Positions 1-10,782 are shown, numbered from the stretch's first letter. The stretch is DNA of 64,000 bases from an uncultured virus (IMG/VR IMGVR_UViG_3300023174_008763) (IMGVR_UViG_3300023174_008763), one strand, 5' to 3'. Notes: generated by a model not told the origin, from the letters alone. Numbers and translations: made by a program.

Positions 1-361
1 ATTCAGGAATTACATCTGTCGGAACATTGTCTCAATTAAATGTCTCTGGATTCGTCACTTCCACAGGTTTCTTCGGTCCTGGAACAAATCTTACCAATTT
101 AAACGCTTCAAACCTCGCTTCAGGAACGGTCCCTTCATCTGTAATCACAGGAACCTATTCAGGAATTACATCTGTCGGAACATTGTCTCAATTAAATGTC
201 TCTGGATTCGTCACTTCCACAGGTTTCTTCGGTCCTGGAACAAATCTTACCAATTTAAACGCTTCAAACCTCGCTTCAGGAACTGCCCCTTCATCTGTAA
301 TCACAGGAACCTATTCAGGAATCACATCTGTCGGAACATTGTCTCAATTAAATGTCTCTGG
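1..361 (+). repeat. 156-bp tandem repeat (2.3+ copies) encoding a 52-aa fibre repeat
   Basis: attcaggaattacatctgtcggaacattgtctc begins at 1 and 157, with a one-mismatch copy at 313; copies 1 and 2 differ at only a few bases. Confidence 0.95.
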
Positions 362-3300
362 TATTGCAACATTTTTAAGTAATGTTTTTACATCTTCTAT
401 TTCCTCTGTATCAAACATAGATTTTAATATCAATACCCAGGGTCTTGCCACTGTGCCTGGGCGGATGTTCTGGGATGTAGCTCAACAAGAATTAGCAATT
501 TCTCTTCTTTATAATGGAGAAATAGCACATCTTGGACAAGACCAAGTGCAGCAAATATACAATAATACCGGAGTTACTCTTGGCATGGGCACTGTTGTTT
601 ATTATAATGGTGTTTACTCTGGATGGCCCACAGTAAGCTTAGCTGATTCAACAGTTTTTAATCGCGGTGTTGGAATTGGCGTGATTCAAAATGCTATAGC
701 TTCTAGCAGTTATGGTTACATTCATATCTCCGGCCCTGTCTTAATGAACACCACTGGCTTCTCCGCTGGGCCACTCTATCTATCCACTATTCCTGGAATT
801 TTGACAAGTGTTCAACCATCATCGCCAAATTTTAGCGTAAATGTAGCTTATGCCATTAATAGCCAAACCAATGGACAGATTATAGTTTGGCCCGGTTCAC
901 CCCTACGCGTGAACCAAACTGGTTCAATTTTATTCGCGGATGCTCAGGGTAAACCAGGAAGTAGTTTCACCAGCTTTTTCATAGATGTATCAGGTGGAAC
1001 CTACAATGTAGGAATAGGAACTAATGTAGCACCTAATCGACTTTCTGTTCAAGGTAATGCAAATTTTGCTGGTAGCGTTTCAATTTCTACATCTCTTACT
1101 TTAAATGCTGCACAAGGCACTCCACCTCTGATAATTAACTCCACCACACAGGTGAATAATTTAAATGCACAATATTGGTCTGGAAACACTTACCCCGCAA
1201 CACAAATAGGTGACATGTTTTATGCTTATGGAGTAGGAGGATCTACTTTAGCAAGGGTGCCACCTAACACTACTTCCGCGTTGCAATTTTTGGGACAAGC
1301 AGGAGATGGAGTAACAGCAGGAGCGCCCACTTGGCAAAAATTACCAACTACAGGTTTTCTTAATTATTTCATGAATGGGGTGGCTGCCACTAATGTACCT
1401 GGTGTATATCAATTATCTGCGGCATCACCCACTGGACTTGGCACACTAACCACTGTTTTTAATTCAACAGGCACAATTGGGTTAGGTTCGTTTATTAACG
1501 ATCCAGGTGTTCCGAATTTATCTTATCTTCCTGCTGGCAATTTAATATCATATGTTTGGTTAACACAGACAACTAACCAAGCGGGAAGATTTGCGTCTGT
1601 TAATGCCACATTTTATGAAGCAAATGGTTTTGGCACAGTAATAGGCATTATTGGAACTACCAACTCTGTGACGATATCTGCCACACCGCTTGAATACACA
1701 CTTACGTATACTCAGAGCAGCGCTTATAATTTACAATCAACATCATCTAGAATTAAAGTAAATCTAGATGCTACCACCACCGGCAATACGAACACGATTC
1801 TTTTTGAATATGGTGACGGAAAAAATTCCTATGTAAATATTTCCGCTCCAGGCGCAGATGTTACAAATTTTGTTCCTTATACTGGTGCAATCAAAGATAT
1901 AAATGTTGGAAATTTTGGAATCACGCTAAATAATCTAGATCTAAATTATTCTCCAATTGGAATCACCACCACTCCAGGAAGAATTACTTGGAATTCTTCA
2001 GCAGGCAAACCTCAGGTGGGACTATTTTATAATAATGAAACAGCAAATCTTGCTGGTAATGTCACGTTGGTTTATAATAGCTCTGGATCTGTCGTAGGAG
2101 TGGGAAGTGTAGTTTATATAAATGGCGTGGCTGGGGTCAACACCTCTGTTCCCACGATTGGATTTGCTGACAATTTAATCTATTCACACGCTCTAGGCGT
2201 GGGTGTTGTATCTAAGCCAATAGGAATAGGAAGTTATGGATATATTCATATTGCTGGAGCAACTAATGTGGATACATCTAAATTTAACGCGGGTGATATT
2301 TTGTATGTTAGTTCTTCTGCTGGTATTTTAACAAACATATCTCCTTATTCTCCTAATTTTAATGTGGTAGTTGGTGTAGCATTGAACAGCAATGTAAACG
2401 GATCTATTCTTGTACAGCCATCCTCTCCAAATAGATTTAACAACCAGGGAGCTTTATTATTTGCCAATAGCCAAGGTTTACCTCTTGGAATAACCACAGC
2501 ATTTTTTATTGACGATGCCTCTGGCACATACGGACTAGGTATCGGCACTGCCGCTCCAGGAGCCAGACTTGAGATTAATGTCTCAAATTATCCAAATAAT
2601 AAGGCCATACTACTTCGCGGAGCCGCTGGACAACTAGCAAACATTTTTGAAATTAGAGACAGCAATAATGTAATTTATAATTCTATTAGTGGTATAGGAT
2701 CGGTAGGCATCGGCACACCCACACCTACCCGAGCTTTGCATGTTCAAGGAGCCACAAGGCTAACAGGCGGTATATACGATTCAAATAATCAGATTGGGTT
2801 AGCTGGATCAGTTTTGTCATCAACAGGAACTGGCGTGGCATGGACTAACGCTGGAACAATTGGTATTAATCAAATTGCTTTTGGCAACGGCGCAAATTCA
2901 ATTGCTGGATCTTCTACGTTTGTTTACACTGGCCTCGGCTCTGTTGGTATTGGCACAGCCACCCCCACACAGTTATTACATATCCAGGGGAACACAAGGC
3001 TAACAGGTGCTTTTTATGATACTAATAATCTCCCAGGATCTCAGATTGGAGTGGTAACACAATATCTAGCTTCAACAGGCACTGGTGTAACTTGGGCACC
3101 AGTTAAAAGGTCGCTTATTACTCAATTAATGACAGCTTACACTCCTTCAGCAACAGGTGTTGATTCTGGCATGTTTATTGTTCCTCAAGATCCAAATGAT
3201 GGTGTAAGCACAATGAATTTCACATTTAAGCGAGTTAATGTGCGCGTGGAAACACCTTCTACCGGAATTTCCACAATCAATGTTGTTAAATATATTGGCA

Positions 3301-3503
3301 CATCAAACGCCTCGGGTCTACAAACAGCAATATTATCTAGCAATATCATTCTCACCGGAGCATCCACATATGAAGGATTTTCTACATCATTCGCCACAGG
3401 ATTTTCTACTTGTGCATCTTCAGATAAGCTCGCGGTTAATTTTATTGGCTACTCCACTTCTCATAGCAATTTTACTGTAGAAATTATAATGAGAGAGACT
3501 TAA
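1..3503 (+). CDS. Tail fibre / virion fibre protein (5' truncated by window edge)
   Basis: Gly/Ser/Thr/Asn-rich 1158+ aa ORF open from the window edge; 52-aa tandem repeats, several GIGT(xxP) fibre repeats and a duplicated ~200-aa module. Confidence 0.75.
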   Translation, partial: SGITSVGTLSQLNVSGFVTSTGFFGPGTNLTNLNASNLASGTVPSSVITGTYSGITSVGTLSQLNVSGFVTSTGFFGPGTNLTNLNASNLASGTAPSSVITGTYSGITSVGTLSQLNVSGIATFLSNVFTSSISSVSNIDFNINTQGLATVPGRMFWDVAQQELAISLLYNGEIAHLGQDQVQQIYNNTGVTLGMGTVVYYNGVYSGWPTVSLADSTVFNRGVGIGVIQNAIASSSYGYIHISGPVLMNTTGFSAGPLYLSTIPGILTSVQPSSPNFSVNVAYAINSQTNGQIIVWPGSPLRVNQTGSILFADAQGKPGSSFTSFFIDVSGGTYNVGIGTNVAPNRLSVQGNANFAGSVSISTSLTLNAAQGTPPLIINSTTQVNNLNAQYWSGNTYPATQIGDMFYAYGVGGSTLARVPPNTTSALQFLGQAGDGVTAGAPTWQKLPTTGFLNYFMNGVAATNVPGVYQLSAASPTGLGTLTTVFNSTGTIGLGSFINDPGVPNLSYLPAGNLISYVWLTQTTNQAGRFASVNATFYEANGFGTVIGIIGTTNSVTISATPLEYTLTYTQSSAYNLQSTSSRIKVNLDATTTGNTNTILFEYGDGKNSYVNISAPGADVTNFVPYTGAIKDINVGNFGITLNNLDLNYSPIGITTTPGRITWNSSAGKPQVGLFYNNETANLAGNVTLVYNSSGSVVGVGSVVYINGVAGVNTSVPTIGFADNLIYSHALGVGVVSKPIGIGSYGYIHIAGATNVDTSKFNAGDILYVSSSAGILTNISPYSPNFNVVVGVALNSNVNGSILVQPSSPNRFNNQGALLFANSQGLPLGITTAFFIDDASGTYGLGIGTAAPGARLEINVSNYPNNKAILLRGAAGQLANIFEIRDSNNVIYNSISGIGSVGIGTPTPTRALHVQGATRLTGGIYDSNNQIGLAGSVLSSTGTGVAWTNAGTIGINQIAFGNGANSIAGSSTFVYTGLGSVGIGTATPTQLLHIQGNTRLTGAFYDTNNLPGSQIGVVTQYLASTGTGVTWAPVKRSLITQLMTAYTPSATGVDSGMFIVPQDPNDGVSTMNFTFKRVNVRVETPSTGISTINVVKYIGTSNASGLQTAILSSNIILTGASTYEGFSTSFATGFSTCASSDKLAVNFIGYSTSHSNFTVEIIMRET

Positions 3504-3506
3504 ACA

Positions 3507-4256
3507 ATGGCAATCACAAGGGTTAGACAAACTAATGCTGGAACGGGCAACAAGACAGCAGTTACAACGTGGACTTTAACTTTGTCTGGAACACCAACAG
3601 CAGGAAATACATTATTGCTTTATATTGGAAGTATCAATGCACTTTCAATTACATCTATCGTGCAGGGCGGCTCTAATTCCAATTGGACTTCAGTTTATAC
3701 ATCTACTAATACAAACACTAATGTATACGTATATGCATTAAATGTAACAGCTGGCTCGAATACTACAGTAACTTTAACTCTTGGTTCTGCAAACAATCGA
3801 TTTTATTCCATTTGTGAAGAAATATCGGGTCTGGTAAATACTAGTTGGTTAGATAAATCCACAAACACTATCTCTGCCTCCACCAACACTCCTACCACTG
3901 GCACAACAGCTACAACTGCCAGCTCTAATGAATATTGGGTAAATCTTTATTTTTATTATTCTCTTGACGGTGATGCTCAGGGCTCTTCTCCCACAAATAG
4001 TTACACATTATACAACTCTGGCACTCCAATAAGATTCAGTGATACTGGGTGGGTTGGCGGTTCTAATGGAGTAGTTCCTGCTTTGTTTTCGGGAGTGATT
4101 ATGGCTTATAAAATCGTTTCTGTAATTGGCACAGCCGGTGGTGGCATTACAGATGCTCTGATTGCTTCAGCTGCCTATAATTCAGTGGCTTTAGCTTTCT
4201 CTGGAACAGCTGGCGGCGTAATAGCAAGAAGAAGAATCTCCGCTTCTTTCATGTAG
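3507..4256 (+). CDS. Putative virion structural / fibre-associated beta-rich protein
   Basis: Thr/Ser/Gly-rich 249 aa, starts 3 nt after the fibre gene. Confidence 0.55.
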   Translation: MAITRVRQTNAGTGNKTAVTTWTLTLSGTPTAGNTLLLYIGSINALSITSIVQGGSNSNWTSVYTSTNTNTNVYVYALNVTAGSNTTVTLTLGSANNRFYSICEEISGLVNTSWLDKSTNTISASTNTPTTGTTATTASSNEYWVNLYFYYSLDGDAQGSSPTNSYTLYNSGTPIRFSDTGWVGGSNGVVPALFSGVIMAYKIVSVIGTAGGGITDALIASAAYNSVALAFSGTAGGVIARRRISASFM

Positions 4257-4292
4257 GTATAATCAAACAAAAAATCGTATATTAAAATTGCT

Positions 4293-4475
4293 ATGTTAAA
4301 CTCATTTAAATGGGTTGCAAATTTAGCAAAACGAATCAAAGTGGATTTTTCTACGTTTGTGTCAGAAATGGTACAAATTTTCAATATTGTCTATGTTGAC
4401 AAATATTATGAATACAATTGCAAGCAATGTGGCCGCAAAAGTACAGTAGAGCTTTGTAAATCTTGCGACTATTGA
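4293..4475 (+). CDS. Small zinc-finger-like protein
   Basis: CxxC...CxxC near C-terminus; CGTATATT box upstream. Confidence 0.45.
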   Translation: MLNSFKWVANLAKRIKVDFSTFVSEMVQIFNIVYVDKYYEYNCKQCGRKSTVELCKSCDY

Positions 4476-4519
4476 AAATAATCGACACTACCATTAATCC
4501 ACTTAGAAATAAGTGGATT

Positions 4520-4729
4520 TTATTTTTTCTCAACAATTTTTGTTTTAAGATATTCTTTTTGGTCTTTGCCCATATCTTCGTTGGCAATTGTTTCAATCAC
4601 ATCAAAATCTTCAATCTTATCAAGAAATGACATTAATTCTAAACATTCCTTCCCCACGGTTCCTTTAGGTGTAACAAGGATTTTGCCTTTTTCATCAATT
4701 TCAATTATCAATTCTACTTTTTTGCTCAT
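4520..4729 (-). CDS. DUF2997-like protein
   Basis: IIEIDEKGKI..GTVGKEC pattern; ATGA-type overlap with the DUF1257-like gene. Confidence 0.7.
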   Translation of the reverse strand: MSKKVELIIEIDEKGKILVTPKGTVGKECLELMSFLDKIEDFDVIETIANEDMGKDQKEYLKTKIVEKK

Positions 4730-5124
4730 ATTATTTTCCCCGCATTAATTGTTATGGTTTTGTCTTTGCTTTTTATCTCTGAGCTAATTGAAAATTTATG
4801 TTTTTTTAGTGCTGATTTAATTGCAATCAAAGCATATGCTTGTTTTACCTTATCCGCCACCCCTTTGTGAGAATCATAATCTGAGCAAATCATAGTATAC
4901 TCTTGCTTTTCTTCATTGTAAGAAAAACCTAAATCATTTGACGCGCTAGAAATTTGTTTCTTAGGGACGATTATTTCAGCTTTCTCCTCTCTTATATCAT
5001 TTTGATAACCAGAAAGATTGTGTTTTTCTTTGTAGATAACAGGGTCATAGCCTAAATATTTCAGGCAGTCAATTAAAGTTTCTTGATCTTTAAACGAACA
5101 ATCGATTTTTTTATAAGCTGACAT
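4726..5124 (-). CDS. DUF1257 (Ycf35-like) protein
   Basis: MSAY..I...FKD..L...L..LGY, LSGYQND, SNDLGF, SDYD, KQAYA motifs. Confidence 0.75.
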   Translation of the reverse strand: MSAYKKIDCSFKDQETLIDCLKYLGYDPVIYKEKHNLSGYQNDIREEKAEIIVPKKQISSASNDLGFSYNEEKQEYTMICSDYDSHKGVADKVKQAYALIAIKSALKKHKFSISSEIKSKDKTITINAGKII

Positions 5125-5443
5125 TCTCTGTATTTCCTATTTTGTATTGAGGCACAAGTTCCATAAATGGTCTATTGCACGCAGGGCAAAGCCATAAATT
5201 GTTTGCCACACCCTTAGATATTTTTTCAAAATTACTGTACTTCTCACCTAAGTTTATTAGATTTCCCGTGCTTATTTTATATCCATTGCTGGTTGCTTCA
5301 GGTATTTCTCCATAGCATTCCGTACAACCCAATAATGTTTTCATTCCTTTCTCTTCAGCAATTAGAAATTTATTATCAACAAATTCAAATTTTTGATTTA
5401 AAAGAGACAATTCTCTCATTTTAAGCTCAAGTAGTTTATTCAT
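5111..5443 (-). CDS. Hypothetical protein with CxxC pairs
   Basis: ORF overlapping its neighbours in the minus-strand operon; CTEC and CPAC motifs. Confidence 0.55.
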   Translation of the reverse strand: MNKLLELKMRELSLLNQKFEFVDNKFLIAEEKGMKTLLGCTECYGEIPEATSNGYKISTGNLINLGEKYSNFEKISKGVANNLWLCPACNRPFMELVPQYKIGNTENVSL

Positions 5444-5729
5444 AAATGTATATTGTAAACTGATCTGTTGTCAATTCATATGTAACATCATCATATTTTT
5501 TTGTGGAAACGAAGGGTTTTTCGGCTTTTTTGAACGAAAACGCCAATACACAATCTGTGTCTTCTTTTGCCTTAAATGCTTGATATAATTTAACCAAATT
5601 CTTATCTACAGGCCCAGTGGACTCATAATGTAATTTTTTTTTAGCCCCATCAAAAAGTTCTTGCAAGATTTCTATAACATCTTGCATTTCAAGCGGCAAG
5701 TTATTTCTCCATTTAACGAAAGGGTCCAT
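5436..5729 (-). CDS. Hypothetical protein
   Basis: ORF; start set at MDPF, 6 nt after a TACAAC box shared with groEL. Confidence 0.55.
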   Translation of the reverse strand: MDPFVKWRNNLPLEMQDVIEILQELFDGAKKKLHYESTGPVDKNLVKLYQAFKAKEDTDCVLAFSFKKAEKPFVSTKKYDDVTYELTTDQFTIYIYE

Positions 5730-5752
5730 AATTGTGTTGTACAATTATGGAT

Positions 5753-7369
5753 ATGCCTGTAAGTTTATTATTTGCTGAAGAAGCCAGAAAAAAGTTGGAA
5801 ATTGGCGTGAACATGGTAGCTAATGCCGTGCGCGTTACTTTGGGTCCAAAAGGAAGAAATGTTGTTATTTTTAATGAACATGGCTCACCAATTATCACGA
5901 AAGACGGCGTGACTGTTGCAAAAGCAGTGGACCTGGAAGACCCTTATGAAAATCTTGGTGCGCAATTGTGTAAACAAGTGAGTATGAAGACCAACGAGGT
6001 GGCTGGTGATGGAACAACTACCGCAACAGTTTTGGCCCAAGCAATTATTAAAGAAGGATTAAAATATGTAGCGGCAGGCGGCAGCCCCATCGCTTTAAAA
6101 AGGGGTATGGACAAGGCTCTCAATACTGTATTAAGTCTTATAGATGAAAAGTCACAAGAAATCACAGATCGAACACAAATTGAATTTGTGGCGGCAATTT
6201 CAGGAAATGAGCCAGAGGTAGGCATCGTCGTTGCTGATGCAATTGAAGCGGTAGGAACTGACGGGATCATAACTTTAGAAGAATCTAAAGAGCGAGAAAC
6301 TTATTTCCGCATGGTAGATGGATTTACATATAACCAGGGTTTTATTTCTCCTTACTTAATCAGTGATACCTCAAAAAATATTGCCGATTATAAAGAAGTG
6401 AGTTTGATTTTATTCGACGGCGAAGCCCCCGCATTTGAAATCCTTGTGCCTATTCTTGAAAAAGTGGGCCAGAAAAGCAAAGGCAAACCATTAATGATTA
6501 TCGCTGAATCTTTTTCCCCAGAAGTTATTCAGACCTTGTATATGAATAAAATTCGTGGAGGCCATCAATGGATTGCTACAAAAACTCCTGGCTTTGGTGA
6601 ACAAAAGAAAGAAATGATCCAAGATATTGCCGCGCTTGTTGGGGGAATGGCATTTAATGTTCATTTACATGAAAAGTGGGATGATCAATTTCTTGGCTAT
6701 GCTAAAAGGGTAGTGGTGGCAAAAGATCACACCACTGTAATAGAAGGAAGAAGCAACCCTGAAGTACTTGCAGATCGTGTTGATTTGATTAAAGCAATGC
6801 TTGAAACAGAAGAGTCGGAATATAATCGTGAAAAATTAAATGAAAGATTAGGTAAACTAAATGGCGGCATTGGTGTAATTAAGATCGGCGCGTCCACTGA
6901 AACTGAATTAAAAGAAAAGAAATATCGATACGAAGATGCCTTAAACGCAACCAGAGCCGCCATTGAAGAAGGAATAGTTCCCGGTGGAGGCACTTGTTTA
7001 ATTAGGCTTTCTAATCTTGTGGAAGAAAACACCGAATTGGATGAAAAAGACCCAGATGAACTTAAAGGAGTGAGAATACTCACAGAAGCAATGAACGCAC
7101 CGTTTAGACAAATTTGCGATAATGGTGGATATTCAGCCGACGCATTGGGTGTAGTAATTTTTGAAAAACCATTTGAATATGGCTTCGATGCAAAATACAA
7201 TAGAATCTGCGATTTATATGCAGCAGGTGTTATTGATCCCGCCAAAGTAACAAAAACAGCACTCACAAATGCTGTAAGTATCGCTTCTCTTGTTCTTACC
7301 ACAGAAACTTTAATCGCCCCAATCATTGATAAAAGCGAAAAGATTTTGATGGCCGACCCAATGTATTAA
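5753..7369 (+). CDS. groEL: Chaperonin GroEL
   Basis: TLGPKGRNV, ITKDGVTVAK, AGDGTTTATVLAQ, GIVPGGG, GVIDPAKV motifs; lacks the GGM tail; no groES adjacent. Confidence 0.97.
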   Translation: MPVSLLFAEEARKKLEIGVNMVANAVRVTLGPKGRNVVIFNEHGSPIITKDGVTVAKAVDLEDPYENLGAQLCKQVSMKTNEVAGDGTTTATVLAQAIIKEGLKYVAAGGSPIALKRGMDKALNTVLSLIDEKSQEITDRTQIEFVAAISGNEPEVGIVVADAIEAVGTDGIITLEESKERETYFRMVDGFTYNQGFISPYLISDTSKNIADYKEVSLILFDGEAPAFEILVPILEKVGQKSKGKPLMIIAESFSPEVIQTLYMNKIRGGHQWIATKTPGFGEQKKEMIQDIAALVGGMAFNVHLHEKWDDQFLGYAKRVVVAKDHTTVIEGRSNPEVLADRVDLIKAMLETEESEYNREKLNERLGKLNGGIGVIKIGASTETELKEKKYRYEDALNATRAAIEEGIVPGGGTCLIRLSNLVEENTELDEKDPDELKGVRILTEAMNAPFRQICDNGGYSADALGVVIFEKPFEYGFDAKYNRICDLYAAGVIDPAKVTKTALTNAVSIASLVLTTETLIAPIIDKSEKILMADPMY

Positions 7370-7382
7370 TCGTATACAAATT

Positions 7383-7934
7383 ATGAAAGTAAAGATAGGC
7401 AATTTGACCACCACATTACCCAAAGATGTGGTGGCATCACATATGGCTAATTTAATTACCACAAGACTAATTATATTGGACAAAGAAAAAGATTTCAAAA
7501 AAGCTTTCACTAAATATAAAGATTTGGTTTTAATGTTTTTTAGAGAAAATAAAAAATTTGTTTTCTCTTTTAGTGATGAAAAATGGTACGATGAATTTAA
7601 CAGTTTTCACGAAAAACAACATGAGCTTATGCTCCAAGATATTGTGTTTAAATTCTCAGATGGATCAACATGGTCAATACCGCTTTTGGATGTGGCAAAT
7701 TTAAAAATTCTCCAAGAACCAGAAAAGAAACACAATAGAAACTCTCTTCTGTCTGCTCCTTTAGATTTGGTTACCTGGGCACAAGAAAAATTAACGTGGA
7801 ATCAAATTGAAAATTTTGCGATATTAAGGAATTTAGATAGTCCGGAAAATTCGTATAATAATGAGTGGCCATCAGTGGCTAAAAAAGTTATCAAGTGGCA
7901 TTATGAAATTGAAAACAAATCTTCTAAATCCTAA
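7383..7934 (+). CDS. Hypothetical protein
   Basis: 183-aa ORF with CGTATAC box just upstream of the ATG. Confidence 0.6.
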   Translation: MKVKIGNLTTTLPKDVVASHMANLITTRLIILDKEKDFKKAFTKYKDLVLMFFRENKKFVFSFSDEKWYDEFNSFHEKQHELMLQDIVFKFSDGSTWSIPLLDVANLKILQEPEKKHNRNSLLSAPLDLVTWAQEKLTWNQIENFAILRNLDSPENSYNNEWPSVAKKVIKWHYEIENKSSKS

Positions 7935-8040
7935 TGATTTTAATCAAAATTTAAAACGTGTTCAGTAATATCAAAAATGGTGTGAAGAAACTCATGATCT
8001 TTAACACATATTCGATTAACAAAAATTGTAAAATAAAAAA

Positions 8041-8445
8041 ATGTCAGAAAATTTTAATTCAAAGTGTGAAAATTTACCGTGCTTAAACTATAAGCACGCA
8101 CTAGGCACAGAAATTACACTTGATTTTTATGAATGCTCTTGTGATTTTATGTCAGATTTAGACGAACATAAAAAAATGTTTAAGCGCGCCACTGACTCTG
8201 CAAATTTAAACATAGTGAACGAATGTTATCATCAATTTTTTCCAATTGGATTAACGGCATGCGCAATTTTGTCCGAATCTAATCTTAATATTCATACATA
8301 TCCTGAATATGATTATGTTGCTATTAATTTATTTTATTGTGGTAAAGATGTAATACCAGAAAATTGCATACAAGAGATGTTTGATTTTTACAATCCAGGA
8401 AGAATTGAAATAAAATCATTTGCTCGTGGAATTGCCAATTATTAA
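8041..8445 (+). CDS. speD: S-adenosylmethionine decarboxylase proenzyme (pyruvoyl type)
   Basis: HQFFPIGLT..ILSES.L.IHTYPE...INLFYCG; self-cleavage ES, downstream His and Cys retained. Confidence 0.85.
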   Translation: MSENFNSKCENLPCLNYKHALGTEITLDFYECSCDFMSDLDEHKKMFKRATDSANLNIVNECYHQFFPIGLTACAILSESNLNIHTYPEYDYVAINLFYCGKDVIPENCIQEMFDFYNPGRIEIKSFARGIANY

Positions 8446-8484
8446 TTAAATAGGTAAACATTCAACAATTCAGAAAATATTAGT

Positions 8485-9588
8485 ATGCTTCAGCCAAATA
8501 TTAATGCAAAACAAATCAAAGAATTATCTTATGATAGCACTCTGCAGCCAGCGGCTACATCAATCAACTTTACTGTAGAAAACTGCCATGTTAATTCTTG
8601 CATAGAACAGATTGTGTTAAATTTTGCTTCAGCAGATTCTTCCGCTTCAAATATATCTTGTACTTTATTAGATAGAGGTAATGGATATACAAGCGCTATC
8701 AATGGTTACTTGCCGATAACTTTTGCAGTGATCGGTTATACCACATCTCCCGTGATAAATCAGAATGTCATCACAAATTCTGCAAACACACAAACTGTAA
8801 TTTATGTGAATGAATCAGTTCAAGATTCCGAAGGAATTGGCAATATATATGTGAAGCTTTCTAAATCCTCAGGAACATTCAACACTTCATTTACGATGAC
8901 TGTCATTTACAGGCCAGAATCCACCTATAACAACAGACTAAACACTCTTGACCAATTAGATAACAGAAAACCACAAAGAGTGCTCTCTCAAGTGGGCGTG
9001 GGAACATATGGAGATCCCGCTTCAATTATGACAGATCAGACAAATGCGGTAGCTCATAGAACAAATCCAAGAAACAACGTGGATACCGTTAGCTATGGAT
9101 TTACAGTATTTTCCACAAGTCCAATCTTCTACTTTGGCACTCCTGCTCAGACAAAAAGATGGTTTATTGGATTCAATAAAGATAACACCGCAAATGTGGG
9201 CATTGTCACTTTTTCTTATTTCAATGGATCTAGTTTTGTGGGTTTGGCCACCACACAAGTGGCAAGTGGCGCGCTTGGGCCAGGCACTTATCAGTTTGCA
9301 AACGATGGTGTGGTTATATTCACCCCGCCCTCAAACTGGTCTGCTCTTAAGATGACAAATGACCCATTAACACAATACAACACCACTATCAACAATCTGC
9401 AATTTAATGGAAGCTACGGTGGTGTATCACAAGTGATTACTACAAACAACACTGTTTTTAATCCAAGTATGTTCTGGATTCAGTGTCAAGTGGGATTCGC
9501 TACAACATCTAGTATAAATATTTCCACCGTGGTGCCTCTTATTGCGCCAGATCATCCTGTAACTGTAAGAAGAAGATTGCTTGGCTAA
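8485..9588 (+). CDS. Putative virion structural protein
   Basis: Thr/Ser/Asn-rich beta-type composition; preceded by AGG-N18-GAAAATA motif. Confidence 0.55.
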   Translation: MLQPNINAKQIKELSYDSTLQPAATSINFTVENCHVNSCIEQIVLNFASADSSASNISCTLLDRGNGYTSAINGYLPITFAVIGYTTSPVINQNVITNSANTQTVIYVNESVQDSEGIGNIYVKLSKSSGTFNTSFTMTVIYRPESTYNNRLNTLDQLDNRKPQRVLSQVGVGTYGDPASIMTDQTNAVAHRTNPRNNVDTVSYGFTVFSTSPIFYFGTPAQTKRWFIGFNKDNTANVGIVTFSYFNGSSFVGLATTQVASGALGPGTYQFANDGVVIFTPPSNWSALKMTNDPLTQYNTTINNLQFNGSYGGVSQVITTNNTVFNPSMFWIQCQVGFATTSSINISTVVPLIAPDHPVTVRRRLLG

Positions 9589-9663
9589 AAAAGGTATATT
9601 TTATTTATCTTCGAATAAAGTAAATATGCCCGAAAAGGTGGGCAATAAAAGGAGAATAAATAT

Positions 9664-10782
9664 ATGCCAGCAATACATTATCCATCAGGTTATTACGGAC
9701 CAGGAATTAGCTCTACGTACAATAACGTAGTCACTCGTCGGCTCGCCATCAAAGATAGAGTAGCTTTTGCTCCATCAACTAGATTTGGAGGCCAATACAT
9801 GGAGCCAAAAGGCACCCTCGCGCCTTATAACAGCACAATCGGGGACGCGGTGGGCGCAGTTCAACAGCTTCTACAAGAACTCAATTTAATTTCACCGCTT
9901 ATGCCAGATTTAGGCACTCCGGTGATCTTGAATACGGTGGGCGTAGCTACCAACTTGCTCACTACATATAATGGTATTGCAGTGTCTTACATTGGATCAC
10001 AGGCTACCGCCAACAATGTTGGCGCAGGTTTTGGTATTTCAACAAGCATTGCTTCCACTTTGACTTTTGATGGCGTGGGTGTTTCCACTGGCCTTCGAGT
10101 TCTTTATTATGGATTGACCACTTCTGCATTGAATGGTGTATACACAGTTGGCTTTGGTGCAACTTCATATACTGGTGTTGGAAACACAGTTCCTGTTGGA
10201 TTGAATTATTTCACCCTCCAAAGATCACCAGATCTTACTTCTTGGTGGGAATTCGCTAAGCCAAAAGTTTTTCTTGCTACTGGCGGAACAAACAACAAGG
10301 CCAAAACTTACGCTCTTCAAACAGATGGATGGGAGTCAGGAAACTCATTCGTTGTTGCCTCAGGTGCCACAATTGCCGCCTCAGTGGGCACATCCATAGT
10401 TCTCACGCAAGCTGATTACGGATACAACAACCCATCTCTATTGGGCTATGGCAACACTTCGTTAATCTACCCTGCATACAGCACAGCGCTTAACCTAAAC
10501 ACAGGTGAATACGACTTCCTATCTCAAGCCTCTGAACAAGAATTTATCTATCTCAAGAATAGAGCTCGAAGGCTTGCTTACAGAATCTTCAAGATGAGAG
10601 AAAACTACACACCATTGGCAGCCGGTGCAGCCCCAGGCTTGTACAACACCACTCCTGGTTCTCAGTACGGCACAAACGTGATTACATCCGTAAGTGCAAC
10701 TACAACCAATATTGGCTTCAGTACACTCAATAACCTCCCTGCTCCTAGCCGTTACCCAAGCTCCTTCAACAGAGGCTTCTAA
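9664..10782 (+). CDS. Putative abundant virion structural protein
   Basis: Gly/Thr/Ala-rich; strong AGGAG Shine-Dalgarno; double hairpin downstream. Confidence 0.55.
   Translation: MPAIHYPSGYYGPGISSTYNNVVTRRLAIKDRVAFAPSTRFGGQYMEPKGTLAPYNSTIGDAVGAVQQLLQELNLISPLMPDLGTPVILNTVGVATNLLTTYNGIAVSYIGSQATANNVGAGFGISTSIASTLTFDGVGVSTGLRVLYYGLTTSALNGVYTVGFGATSYTGVGNTVPVGLNYFTLQRSPDLTSWWEFAKPKVFLATGGTNNKAKTYALQTDGWESGNSFVVASGATIAASVGTSIVLTQADYGYNNPSLLGYGNTSLIYPAYSTALNLNTGEYDFLSQASEQEFIYLKNRARRLAYRIFKMRENYTPLAAGAAPGLYNTTPGSQYGTNVITSVSATTTNIGFSTLNNLPAPSRYPSSFNRGF

Noticed and set aside
5944..7326. Antisense ORFs within groEL (and similar ones in dnaK, ahcY, nusG, tnpB)
   Set aside because: Shadow frames of well-supported genes, with no motifs or expression signals.
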